DNA of 55,260 nt from Fidelibacterota bacterium (lineage in GTDB: Bacteria > Fidelibacterota > Marinisomatia > Marinisomatales > JABMOV01), in the NCBI GenBank assembly GCA_046861395.1, contig JBHHUC010000009.1, positions 1 to 55,260 on the forward strand, read 5' to 3'. A program made the translations under genes and the position numbers. Within the stretch, counting starts at the first letter, position 1. Each line of letters begins with the position of its first letter. Of the stretch, positions 21,874-29,781 are shown one piece after another. Under the pieces are notes generated by a model, which was given only the letters and a program-made list of their open reading frames with translations, did no database searches and was not told where the DNA came from.

Positions 21874-24510
21874 TCAGACATCAAACCAATACGTGACTTT
21901 GATTGCAATGAGATTGCTGGCTGTCAGTGACAGGAGATTATTGAGGCCGGAATTAAGATCGAGTTTGCCCTGGGTATTCCATTCACTTGCATTGCGGGTC
22001 CAGACGAAATACAGTGTGGAGCCGGGCCGGAATTCCCAGCGCAAGACGGCGTTGGCGATGAAGGATGAATAACGGAAGCGCGGATCCAGATCATGGTCCC
22101 CGCCGGATCCGATATAATATTCATATGTTTCATCATTGAATTTTATACGCTGTCCGGTGGAATCGTAATGAGTGAATTCATAGGACCGGGGCCGGGCAAA
22201 TTCCTTGTAATCGGTATAATACCCGCTGCTGACAAAGGGTTGGATGTAGGCCTGCAGGGACAATCGCGGTGTAAAGGTATAGTTCAGGCGGATACTGGCG
22301 GAAAAGGTTTCATTATCCAGCTGTGCCACGATATAGCGCTTGCCATACATCTCGACGCGGGAAGAGTCATCGATGGTCATGATGTATTGATCCAGAGTGC
22401 GGTTGAAGCGATAACCGGGTTCGACTTTCATGGAAAAGCGGGTTCCGATTTTAAGATTCGCCCATAGGTTGAATCCATAGGAATAGGCCCCGTAACTGGT
22501 TCCTCCGCCTCGGACGCTGGTGCCGTACACCAGGTTTTTTCTGAAATCCGAACTCACGGAGAGATTTCCGAAATACCCGGCTGGTGAAACAACGGAAGGT
22601 CCGCCGCGCAACTGGGAATCATTGATGGTCCGGGGGCCGATACCGGAAAAGAGATGGAAGTTCCAGTAATTCAGCAGCTGGGTTCCGCCGAAGAAAAAGT
22701 ACATTTCATTGATCTTTTCACCAACAAAATTATGATTGGTGGAATGAGCCAGATTGATGTAGGCACTGCGGAGGACTTTGCCGGGATCGCGCCAGGCGTA
22801 CCCAATGACCTGATGGGCATTGATGCGGTCGGTGCGGAACGTCAGCCCCATATCATTGGAATCAAAGAAAGGATCGATAAAACCGAAGCCCAGATTGAAA
22901 ATGACGTCGCCTTTTTCCTTGTTCAGCAGGAAACGTCCCGCCCAGCCTGACATGGTGGTCAGGGTTGTATCCACGGCCACATGATCCGCATCCGGTTTCT
23001 GAAAATAATGCTGTGATGATTGCTGCAGGTTTTCCAGGTAGGTCGTTGTGCCGGAAACCCGGGTATGTCCCAGCCAGCCGGACGCCGCCCAACCGCGATC
23101 TTGGCCAAAAAAGGTCCAGACATCCACACCCAGGCCGTAGGATTGTTCGGCAAGGATGTCCTGTAAATAATCGGCCTTGAAAGAGCGATTCAGGCCGGTG
23201 GCGATGATGCCCAGTCCCTGATCGCCTTTATTGTATTCCTTTAGGCTGCGGATCAGGCTGTAGGTGGTCAGGGGCTCGATTTCATCGCGACGATGTTCCC
23301 CCGATTCATTGATTTTCGCGAATTCCCGATCCGTAACGGCAAACAGACCGCCAACGGAAATATCATTCCCTATTTTTCCGCTTAATTTGGTCGCACCCAG
23401 GATGGTCGAATTGGTAGGCGCCTTAACCCAGCCGCTGGTATTGGCCCATCCATGAGGCGGTTGGCCAATGCGCCGGCTGTAGAAGAAGTCCGGCTCGGAA
23501 AAATTGAAGCCATACTGATTCCGGGGTCCACCGGAGCCGAAATTGAATATGGATGATCCTTCCACGAAAAAGGGTCTCTTTTCACTGTAATAGGTTTCAA
23601 AATCGGAGAGGTTCAGGGTGGCAGGGTCGGATTCCACCTGGCCGAAGTCCGGATTAAAGGTGGCATCGATGGTCAGGTTACTGCCCAGACCGATCTTGAT
23701 GTCTCCGCCCAGGCGCCGGTAAATATCCTTTCCATGATAAAAGGGATTGTCATTCTGGGCCGGCAGATGATCGTAGCCGGACGTGATATAGGGAATGAAT
23801 TCCAGGCGTCGGGGAGGATTAATGTTGGCGATTCCCTCCAGGTAGGCAAATTTTGATACAATACCGTACTCGTCCCGAGGTGACCAGGTAATGAGAGCAT
23901 GTTCGCTTTTCCGCTGGATCCGGCGCCCCAGGCCGATACCCCAGACATATTCCTTTTGCTTATTGAAGCGCAACTGGGAAAAGGGAATCCGCATTTCCAC
24001 CGTCCACCCCTGATCATCGATCCGGGTATGGGCGTCCCAAATTCCGTCCCAATTGTCGTCAAAACGGCTGTCGTTTGAAATGGTCCCGTCCTTGACGGCA
24101 CCGGAAGGGTTGACGACAAAGAAATAACCGGACCGGTTATCGTTATAGGCATCGATGGCGACCTGGAATTCATCCGAATTCTGGAAATTATCCCGTCGGC
24201 CCAACAGGCCGACAATGGAATCGGGCTGCGAATCCCAGCAACGGGCCCCCACATACAGGGCATCGTCATCGTACCCGATCCAGACTTCGGTCTTTTCTGT
24301 GGCCGGTGAACCGTTATCCGGATCAATCTGAATAAAATTTGTAATGGCGGGTTGTTGGTAAATGGCTTCATTCAGCTGTGCGTCAACTCGCAGGGGATGA
24401 TCCAGGCGATGGGCTGTGAATGACCGAAAGCGAAAATCCTCCGGGTTTATCGATTCGGACTGGGCCCGGACCATGACCAGAGCCAGCAGAATAAATGTAA
24501 CGTATTTCAA
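21874..24510 (-). CDS. CBM9-like plus DUF5916 outer-membrane protein
   Basis: Signal peptide, VWIGYDDDALYV, WTVEMRIPFSQLRF, DATFNPDFGQVE, EKRPFFVEG, FYSRRIG; ends TYWFDV. TTG start. Confidence 0.8.
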   Translation of the reverse strand: MKYVTFILLALVMVRAQSESINPEDFRFRSFTAHRLDHPLRVDAQLNEAIYQQPAITNFIQIDPDNGSPATEKTEVWIGYDDDALYVGARCWDSQPDSIVGLLGRRDNFQNSDEFQVAIDAYNDNRSGYFFVVNPSGAVKDGTISNDSRFDDNWDGIWDAHTRIDDQGWTVEMRIPFSQLRFNKQKEYVWGIGLGRRIQRKSEHALITWSPRDEYGIVSKFAYLEGIANINPPRRLEFIPYITSGYDHLPAQNDNPFYHGKDIYRRLGGDIKIGLGSNLTIDATFNPDFGQVESDPATLNLSDFETYYSEKRPFFVEGSSIFNFGSGGPRNQYGFNFSEPDFFYSRRIGQPPHGWANTSGWVKAPTNSTILGATKLSGKIGNDISVGGLFAVTDREFAKINESGEHRRDEIEPLTTYSLIRSLKEYNKGDQGLGIIATGLNRSFKADYLQDILAEQSYGLGVDVWTFFGQDRGWAASGWLGHTRVSGTTTYLENLQQSSQHYFQKPDADHVAVDTTLTTMSGWAGRFLLNKEKGDVIFNLGFGFIDPFFDSNDMGLTFRTDRINAHQVIGYAWRDPGKVLRSAYINLAHSTNHNFVGEKINEMYFFFGGTQLLNYWNFHLFSGIGPRTINDSQLRGGPSVVSPAGYFGNLSVSSDFRKNLVYGTSVRGGGTSYGAYSYGFNLWANLKIGTRFSMKVEPGYRFNRTLDQYIMTIDDSSRVEMYGKRYIVAQLDNETFSASIRLNYTFTPRLSLQAYIQPFVSSGYYTDYKEFARPRSYEFTHYDSTGQRIKFNDETYEYYIGSGGDHDLDPRFRYSSFIANAVLRWEFRPGSTLYFVWTRNASEWNTQGKLDLNSGLNNLLSLTASNLIAIKVTYWFDV

Positions 24511-24521
24511 TGGTTCTCCAA

Positions 24522-24794
24522 TTATGATATGATTGATTCCAAAAACCGTGTCAGGAAAGCACCCAGCAATGAATAAAGCAGGACGGTGATTACAATGGCA
24601 ATCGCCATGAAAGGCAGGGGCGTTATACGGAATTCCTGAGCGTAGGGATTATCTTTTTGCATTCGTTGATAGATGTGTTTGGCGGATGTCACCAGCCACC
24701 AGGTAATGCCGCAGGCCAGAGCGAATAATCCCAGGATCACAACATGATCCAGGAATGTCAATGAATTGAGCCATTGTCCGGCCGTCATGACCAT
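24522..24794 (-). CDS. Small hypothetical membrane protein
   Basis: 90 aa, two TM segments, in operon context with the ROK and DUF5916 genes. Confidence 0.6.
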   Translation of the reverse strand: MVMTAGQWLNSLTFLDHVVILGLFALACGITWWLVTSAKHIYQRMQKDNPYAQEFRITPLPFMAIAIVITVLLYSLLGAFLTRFLESIIS

Positions 24795-25666
24795 TCTCCC
24801 AGCCAGGCGGCACCGATAACGCCGGCGGAATCACCCAGATGATTTCGCCGGACAGGGGTAACGGGATGATCGGAAAATACATATTGATGCACAGCAGTGA
24901 CACCCTCCGTGTACAGGAAGGATACATTGGAAACGCCACCGCCCAGGATGACCACTTCAGGATCTAATATATTGATTACGTTTGCCAATCCAATTCCAAA
25001 CCAGGTGAGAAAATCATTTTTCCATTGTTGATAATACGGATGATCCGCTGCCCGGCATATTGCGGGCAGGGACAGGGCCTGACCCGTTAATTCCACCCAA
25101 TGTTTCTCCAGGGCCGGCCCGCTGATGTAGGTCTCAACGCACCCCCGCTGGCCACAATAACATCGGCGACCTGCCAGGTGAATCTTATGATGCCCCCATT
25201 CTCCGGCAATACGGTCCGATCCCGTCCAGATTTTTTCTTGCATGACGATTCCACCGCCTACTCCGGTTCCCATGATAACGCCAAAAACGGTTTGATAGCC
25301 TTTTCCTGCACCCCGAATAGACTCCGCTAGGGCAAAACAGTTGGCATCATTATCTAAAAAAATCGCTTGTTCCAGAATTTGTTCCAAATCCTGTTGTAAT
25401 GTTCGACCATTCAGGCAGCGGGTATTCGAATTCTTCATACATCCGGTGCGGGAAGAAATAGTCCCGGGCGTGCAGATTCCAATCGTACAGGGACCGTCGG
25501 CACGGCTGCGTAAAGTATTAACACATTGACCGATGGCAGCAAGAATGGCATCATAACCATCCGCTTGTGGCGTGGTAAATCGTACGCGATGTATTTCCTC
25601 ACCGTTGGGCGCGATGATAATCCCTTCTGTTTTGGTACCGCCTAAATCAATCCCAATTCGGTGCAT
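24785..25666 (-). CDS. ROK family sugar kinase (Mak/fructokinase-like)
   Basis: GIDLGGTK, NDANCFALAE, GTGVGGG, GEWGH, CYCGQRGCVE, GDSAGVIGAA. Confidence 0.9.
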   Translation of the reverse strand: MHRIGIDLGGTKTEGIIIAPNGEEIHRVRFTTPQADGYDAILAAIGQCVNTLRSRADGPCTIGICTPGTISSRTGCMKNSNTRCLNGRTLQQDLEQILEQAIFLDNDANCFALAESIRGAGKGYQTVFGVIMGTGVGGGIVMQEKIWTGSDRIAGEWGHHKIHLAGRRCYCGQRGCVETYISGPALEKHWVELTGQALSLPAICRAADHPYYQQWKNDFLTWFGIGLANVINILDPEVVILGGGVSNVSFLYTEGVTAVHQYVFSDHPVTPVRRNHLGDSAGVIGAAWLGEWS

Positions 25667-26318
25667 AATGCTTTTGTATCAATACTTTAAATTCAGAGAG
25701 AATCATGGCCGTCGCCCCCCATACTTTGGCTGATTCGAACTGAAAAAACGGAACGGCCAGGGGGAATCTGTTGATCTTCATATCTTCGTGCCGGACGGTT
25801 ATGTCATCCAGCAACTGTGCCAGTGGGACGGAAAATACGTCTTCCACTTCCTCCGGGGACGGTGTAATCATCGGTTCAAAATCCATCCACCCAACGAAGG
25901 GATGAATATTGTATCCTGATACCTTGACCTGCAGGGGAGATAATTGCCCCAGAATCGTGATATGATCCGGAGGAACGCCAATTTCTTCCCATGTTTCCCG
26001 CAAGGCTGTTGCTTTCAGATCTTCACCTTCATTTTGCACGCCACCGGGGAGTGAAATTTGTCCCTTGTGCTGATCCACGGTCTGGCTCCGACGGGTCAGG
26101 ATGAAACGAATCTGATCTTCTGTGGGGTAAAGAAGGATCAGAGTTGCGGCCGGTGTTCTCCTGGAATTGAATACCGTTTCCGGGACCGGGATTTTCGGCC
26201 GGGCAATCATGCGTCGTTGCGCCGCCTTTCCTGGCAGTTCACCGCTCAGCAGGTCCCGGACAAGTTGTTGAAAATTTTCCATCATTTTCATCATAAAAGT
26301 TATCGCTTTTTTTCTCAT
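25647..26318 (-). CDS. CoA pyrophosphatase (Nudix, NudL/PCD1 type)
   Basis: LTRRS...HKGQISLPGG, Nudix box TALRETWEEIG, VWGATA. True start may be one of the ATGs at 26294-26282. Confidence 0.88.
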   Translation of the reverse strand: MRKKAITFMMKMMENFQQLVRDLLSGELPGKAAQRRMIARPKIPVPETVFNSRRTPAATLILLYPTEDQIRFILTRRSQTVDQHKGQISLPGGVQNEGEDLKATALRETWEEIGVPPDHITILGQLSPLQVKVSGYNIHPFVGWMDFEPMITPSPEEVEDVFSVPLAQLLDDITVRHEDMKINRFPLAVPFFQFESAKVWGATAMILSEFKVLIQKHYAPNWD

Positions 26319-26342
26319 TCTGCCCGATGTTTACGGCCTGAT

Positions 26343-27002
26343 ATGAAAGTAAAACACATTATTTGGGACTGGAACGGCACTCTGCTGGATGATCTCTGGC
26401 TGAGTATTGAGGCCATAAATTGTGTTCTCCGCCGCTATGATCTTCCGGAAATAAGCAGGGAGAAATATCTGGAGATATTCACGTTTCCCGTAATTGACTA
26501 TTACCGGCAGCTGGGTTTTGATTTTGACCGGCATCCATTCGAACAAGTGGGAACCGAATTCATTGCCGAGTACACCAGACGGCAATTGGAACCGGCGCTA
26601 CACTCTGATGCCCGTTCTACGCTGGCCCGTTTTGCCTGGGAGGGAGGCCTGGGCCAGTCGCTGTTAACGGCGGCGACGCAGGAGATGGCCGAAACATTAG
26701 TGGACTATCATGAGTTGGGACCCTGGTTTGATCGGGTGGTGGGGCAGGATAACCATTATGCCTACGGGAAGGAAAAAGCCGGAGCAGCCTTGCTCAATGA
26801 GCTGGGATTAAGGCATGATGAAGTCATGTTTATTGGTGATACGGTTCATGACCTGGATGTTGCCAGGGCCATGGATGTATCCTGTCTACTGGTATCGCGG
26901 GGGCACACCAGTCATGAACGGCTGGTGGCCACAAAGGCTCCTGTTTTTTATTCCCTTTCCCAATGTGCTGATTATATTTTCCACCATGCCCAAAATGAAT
27001 AA
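26343..27002 (+). CDS. HAD family hydrolase (phosphoglycolate phosphatase-like)
   Basis: IIWDWNGTLLDD motif I and FIGDTVHD motif IV. The longer ORF from 26058 is antisense overlap with the Nudix gene. Confidence 0.85.
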   Translation: MKVKHIIWDWNGTLLDDLWLSIEAINCVLRRYDLPEISREKYLEIFTFPVIDYYRQLGFDFDRHPFEQVGTEFIAEYTRRQLEPALHSDARSTLARFAWEGGLGQSLLTAATQEMAETLVDYHELGPWFDRVVGQDNHYAYGKEKAGAALLNELGLRHDEVMFIGDTVHDLDVARAMDVSCLLVSRGHTSHERLVATKAPVFYSLSQCADYIFHHAQNE

Positions 27003-27294
27003 TCCATCCCGAAAACCCGATGCGCAGGCCATGATTGCGGAATACCGCCGACAGATTGACCAGATTGATGAATCATTGCTGGACCTGTTGATTACCCGGA
27101 TGGATGTGGCGGTCAAGGTTGGTGAGGTAAAGGCCCGGACCGGTATGGCCGTGGCCGATTCGGACCGGGAAAAAGCCATTCTGGATCGGTTGATCGCTCT
27201 GACCAACAATCCATTGTCCCGGAAACATATCAAGCGGATATTTCAGGAAATATTTCGGGCGGCGAAAGATGTTCAGCGCAAAATCGGAGGTTGA
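26995..27294 (+). CDS. Monofunctional chorismate mutase (type II, CM_2)
   Basis: YRRQIDQIDESLLDLL..R...A.KVGEVK......D.DRE. Start at 26995 or 26986, overlapping the HAD stop. Confidence 0.88.
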   Translation: MNNPSRKPDAQAMIAEYRRQIDQIDESLLDLLITRMDVAVKVGEVKARTGMAVADSDREKAILDRLIALTNNPLSRKHIKRIFQEIFRAAKDVQRKIGG

Positions 27295-27319
27295 ACCGAC
27301 ATGATCTCCGTGGTAACTT
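27291..27319 (+). promoter_or_regulatory. Putative sigma70-type promoter of the aromatic operon
   Basis: TTGAAC (27291-27296), 17 nt ending in TGG, then TAACTT (27314-27319). The leader ATG follows after a 7-nt gap. Confidence 0.6.
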
Positions 27320-27326
27320 CGCAACG

Positions 27327-27380
27327 ATGATTCGCGCTTACACCTTTTATTATTTTAAACGTACTTGGGGCTATTCCTGA
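27327..27380 (+). CDS. Aromatic amino acid attenuator leader peptide MIRAYTFYYFKRTWGYS
   Basis: Translated directly from the sequence. 7 of 17 codons are Tyr/Phe/Trp, including an FYYF run; lies upstream of a terminator and of pheA-tyrA-aroF. Confidence 0.88.
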   Translation: MIRAYTFYYFKRTWGYS

Positions 27381-27408
27381 GACGCGGTGTAAGACTGTAT
27401 TCTCAACT

Positions 27409-27434
27409 GGCCCCGGAATTGGGGCTTTTTTTTT
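27409..27434 (+). terminator. Intrinsic terminator (attenuator) before pheA
   Basis: GGCCCC-GGAATT-GGGGCT hairpin with a T9 tract at 27426-27434, 25 nt before the pheA ATG. Confidence 0.9.
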
Positions 27435-27459
27435 ACGGTAAAGAGAGGAGTTTAGATTC

Positions 27460-28032
27460 ATGGTCACAATTGGTATTCAAGGCGCCCAGGGCAGTTTCTC
27501 GGAAGAATCGGCACGAATATTTGCCCAGCACCATGGCATAGAAGATTTTAAGCTGGCCTATTTAATAACATCGGAAAATGTATTACGGGCTGTGGAAGAA
27601 GGCCAGGCGAAATACGGAATCTTTGCCATGGAAAATGCCCAGGGCGGTGTGGTGATTGAAAGCGTTACTGCTCTGGCCGAGCATCGCTGTACCATCGTGG
27701 AAATGTTTCATGTTGCCGTCCGGCAATGCTTACTGGCCCGTCGGGGAGTTCACCTGGGCGATATTACCGAAATTCATTCTCACCAACAGGCCCTGCGCCA
27801 ATGTCGTGATTACCTGGCGGAGCATTTCTGGACCAGGCCCCTCATCGAAGCCGATGATACGGCGGAATCAGCCCGGCGACTGAAGGAGGGAAAACTGCCT
27901 TCCCAGGCAGCCGTCATTGCGCCCCGACACTGCGCAGAATTATACGGTCTGGTCGTTCTGGAAGAGGATATTCATGATCTGAAAAATAATCTCACACTGT
28001 TTTTGGGAGTGAAACAATATGTTACAGAATAA
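27460..28032 (+). CDS. pheA: Prephenate dehydratase, catalytic domain only (no ACT domain)
   Basis: IQGAQGSFSEE, AMENAQGG, IHSHQQALRQC, DTAESA, IHDLKNNLTLF; GAGAGGAG RBS. Confidence 0.85.
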   Translation: MVTIGIQGAQGSFSEESARIFAQHHGIEDFKLAYLITSENVLRAVEEGQAKYGIFAMENAQGGVVIESVTALAEHRCTIVEMFHVAVRQCLLARRGVHLGDITEIHSHQQALRQCRDYLAEHFWTRPLIEADDTAESARRLKEGKLPSQAAVIAPRHCAELYGLVVLEEDIHDLKNNLTLFLGVKQYVTE

Positions 28033-28759
28033 AACTTCCACGGTAGGAATCATCGGACTGGGGCGTTTCGGAAAAGTCCTGGCGGATATATTATCGGATG
28101 ATTTTTCAATTCTGGCCTATGATCCCAATGTTTCTGATGAAATCTACGGTGTAACCTGGGCTTCCCTGGAAGATGTGTGCCGACAAGAAGCGGTATTCAT
28201 TGCCGTTCCCATCCGCCGGTTCAAGGAAGTCATCCGTGAAATAACGCCCTATGTGAGACCCGGGACGACGGTATTGGATGTATGTTCAGTAAAGGTTTAT
28301 CCCGTCACCGTCATGAAGGAACATCTGTCTGCCGATGTGGGAATTATCGGGACTCATCCCCTATTCGGACCAGACTCCATTCATCATCCCACGGGCCATA
28401 CCATGGTCATGACCAATGTCCGTGCGGCCCGCAAATCATTTCAGTTCTGGTGGAATTATTTTGCCGGGAAATCTATTACAGTACTGGAATTATCCCCGGA
28501 GGTCCATGATCGCCAAGCAGCCCGGACTCAGGGGATCACGCATTTCATCGGACGCGTAATCCGGGAAGCGGGTATAGAAGCAACAAACATGGATACACTG
28601 GGATTCAAGGATTTAATGGATGTTGTTGATCAGACCTGTAATGATAGCTGGGAATTATTTATGGACTTGCAGAATTACAATCCTTATACTCTCACGGTGA
28701 TTGATAATCTGGAAAAGTCGATCGCCAGTGTCCGCCAAAAAATAATTCAACGGGATTAA
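28019..28759 (+). CDS. tyrA: Prephenate/arogenate dehydrogenase
   Basis: GIIGLGRFG, DVCSVK, GTHPLFGP, HDRQAA.TQG.TH. Confidence 0.88.
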   Translation: MLQNKTSTVGIIGLGRFGKVLADILSDDFSILAYDPNVSDEIYGVTWASLEDVCRQEAVFIAVPIRRFKEVIREITPYVRPGTTVLDVCSVKVYPVTVMKEHLSADVGIIGTHPLFGPDSIHHPTGHTMVMTNVRAARKSFQFWWNYFAGKSITVLELSPEVHDRQAARTQGITHFIGRVIREAGIEATNMDTLGFKDLMDVVDQTCNDSWELFMDLQNYNPYTLTVIDNLEKSIASVRQKIIQRD

Positions 28760-28760
28760 C

Positions 28761-29780
28761 ATGTTGGTAATCATGAATACAGACGCTACGTCGGACCAGA
28801 TTAACCGGGTTCGGGAGCGTATTAAAGAAATGGGCTATACGGCCCACGATGTGGATTGGCATACACAACACGCCATCGGTGTTACCGGAAATAACGGATC
28901 GGAGGACCGTGTGTATCTGGAAGGGCTGCCCGGTGTAATGCAGGTCGTTCCTCTTTCACGACCCTATAAGCTGGCCAGTCGGGAAGTCCATCCTGAAAAT
29001 TCCGTATATCAGATTGGCTCAGCCACCTTCGGCGACGGAAATGTAACCATGATTGCTGGACCCTGCGCCGTGGAGAGCGAAGAACAGACCTTGCGCATTG
29101 CCGAAACCATTGCCAAAATGGGAAATCAGATGCTACGCGGCGGCGCGTATAAACCAAGAACATCACCCTATTCTTTTCAGGGCCTGGGTGAACGGGGATT
29201 GGAAATCCTGGCCAAGGCCCGGGATGCAACCGGATTGCCCTTTGTGACGGAGGTTGTCGATCAGACTACGGCACCCATCGTGGCCCAATATGCGGATATG
29301 CTCCAGATCGGAACCCGCAATATGCAGAATTTTATTCTTCTCAAGGAAGTTGGTAAACTGGGGAAACCGGTTCTGCTGAAACGGGGAATGAGTGCGACCC
29401 TGGAAGAGACATTGATGTCGGCGGAATATCTTATGGCCCATGGCAGCCGGGAAGTTGTCATTTGTGAGCGGGGCGTTCGCACCTTCAGCAGTCATGCGCG
29501 GAATACGCTGGATATTTCTATCATCCCGGCTCTGAAACATGTGAGTCATTTACCCATCATTGTTGACCCTTCCCATTCCAGCGGTCGGCGCTATAGTGTG
29601 ATTCCACACTCTCTGGCCGGAATCGGAGCCGGGGCCGACGGCCTTTTGGTGGATGTGCACGATCGTCCCGAAGAAGCCCTCTGTGACGGTCCCCAGGCCC
29701 TGTTGCCGGAGGAATTCAATCAATTGATGACGATTGCAAAAGGAATCTGTTCCGCTATGGGTAAATCCATCGGTCGCTAG
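28761..29780 (+). CDS. aroF: DAHP synthase, type I-beta with N-terminal regulatory domain
   Basis: IAGPCAVES, RGGAYKPRTSPYSFQG, IGTRNMQN, LLKRG, CERG, VDPSH, ALCDGPQ; about 70-aa N-terminal extension. Confidence 0.95.
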   Translation: MLVIMNTDATSDQINRVRERIKEMGYTAHDVDWHTQHAIGVTGNNGSEDRVYLEGLPGVMQVVPLSRPYKLASREVHPENSVYQIGSATFGDGNVTMIAGPCAVESEEQTLRIAETIAKMGNQMLRGGAYKPRTSPYSFQGLGERGLEILAKARDATGLPFVTEVVDQTTAPIVAQYADMLQIGTRNMQNFILLKEVGKLGKPVLLKRGMSATLEETLMSAEYLMAHGSREVVICERGVRTFSSHARNTLDISIIPALKHVSHLPIIVDPSHSSGRRYSVIPHSLAGIGAGADGLLVDVHDRPEEALCDGPQALLPEEFNQLMTIAKGICSAMGKSIGR

Positions 29781-29781
29781 G

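Noticed and set aside
26058..26342. 95-aa N-terminal extension of the HAD ORF in the track
   Set aside because: Antisense to the Nudix gene; the HAD motif starts just after ATG 26343.
27295..27459. T-box riboswitch as the explanation of the pheA terminator
   Set aside because: No AAGGTGGTACC-like T-box motif and no room for stem I; the leader-peptide model fits better.
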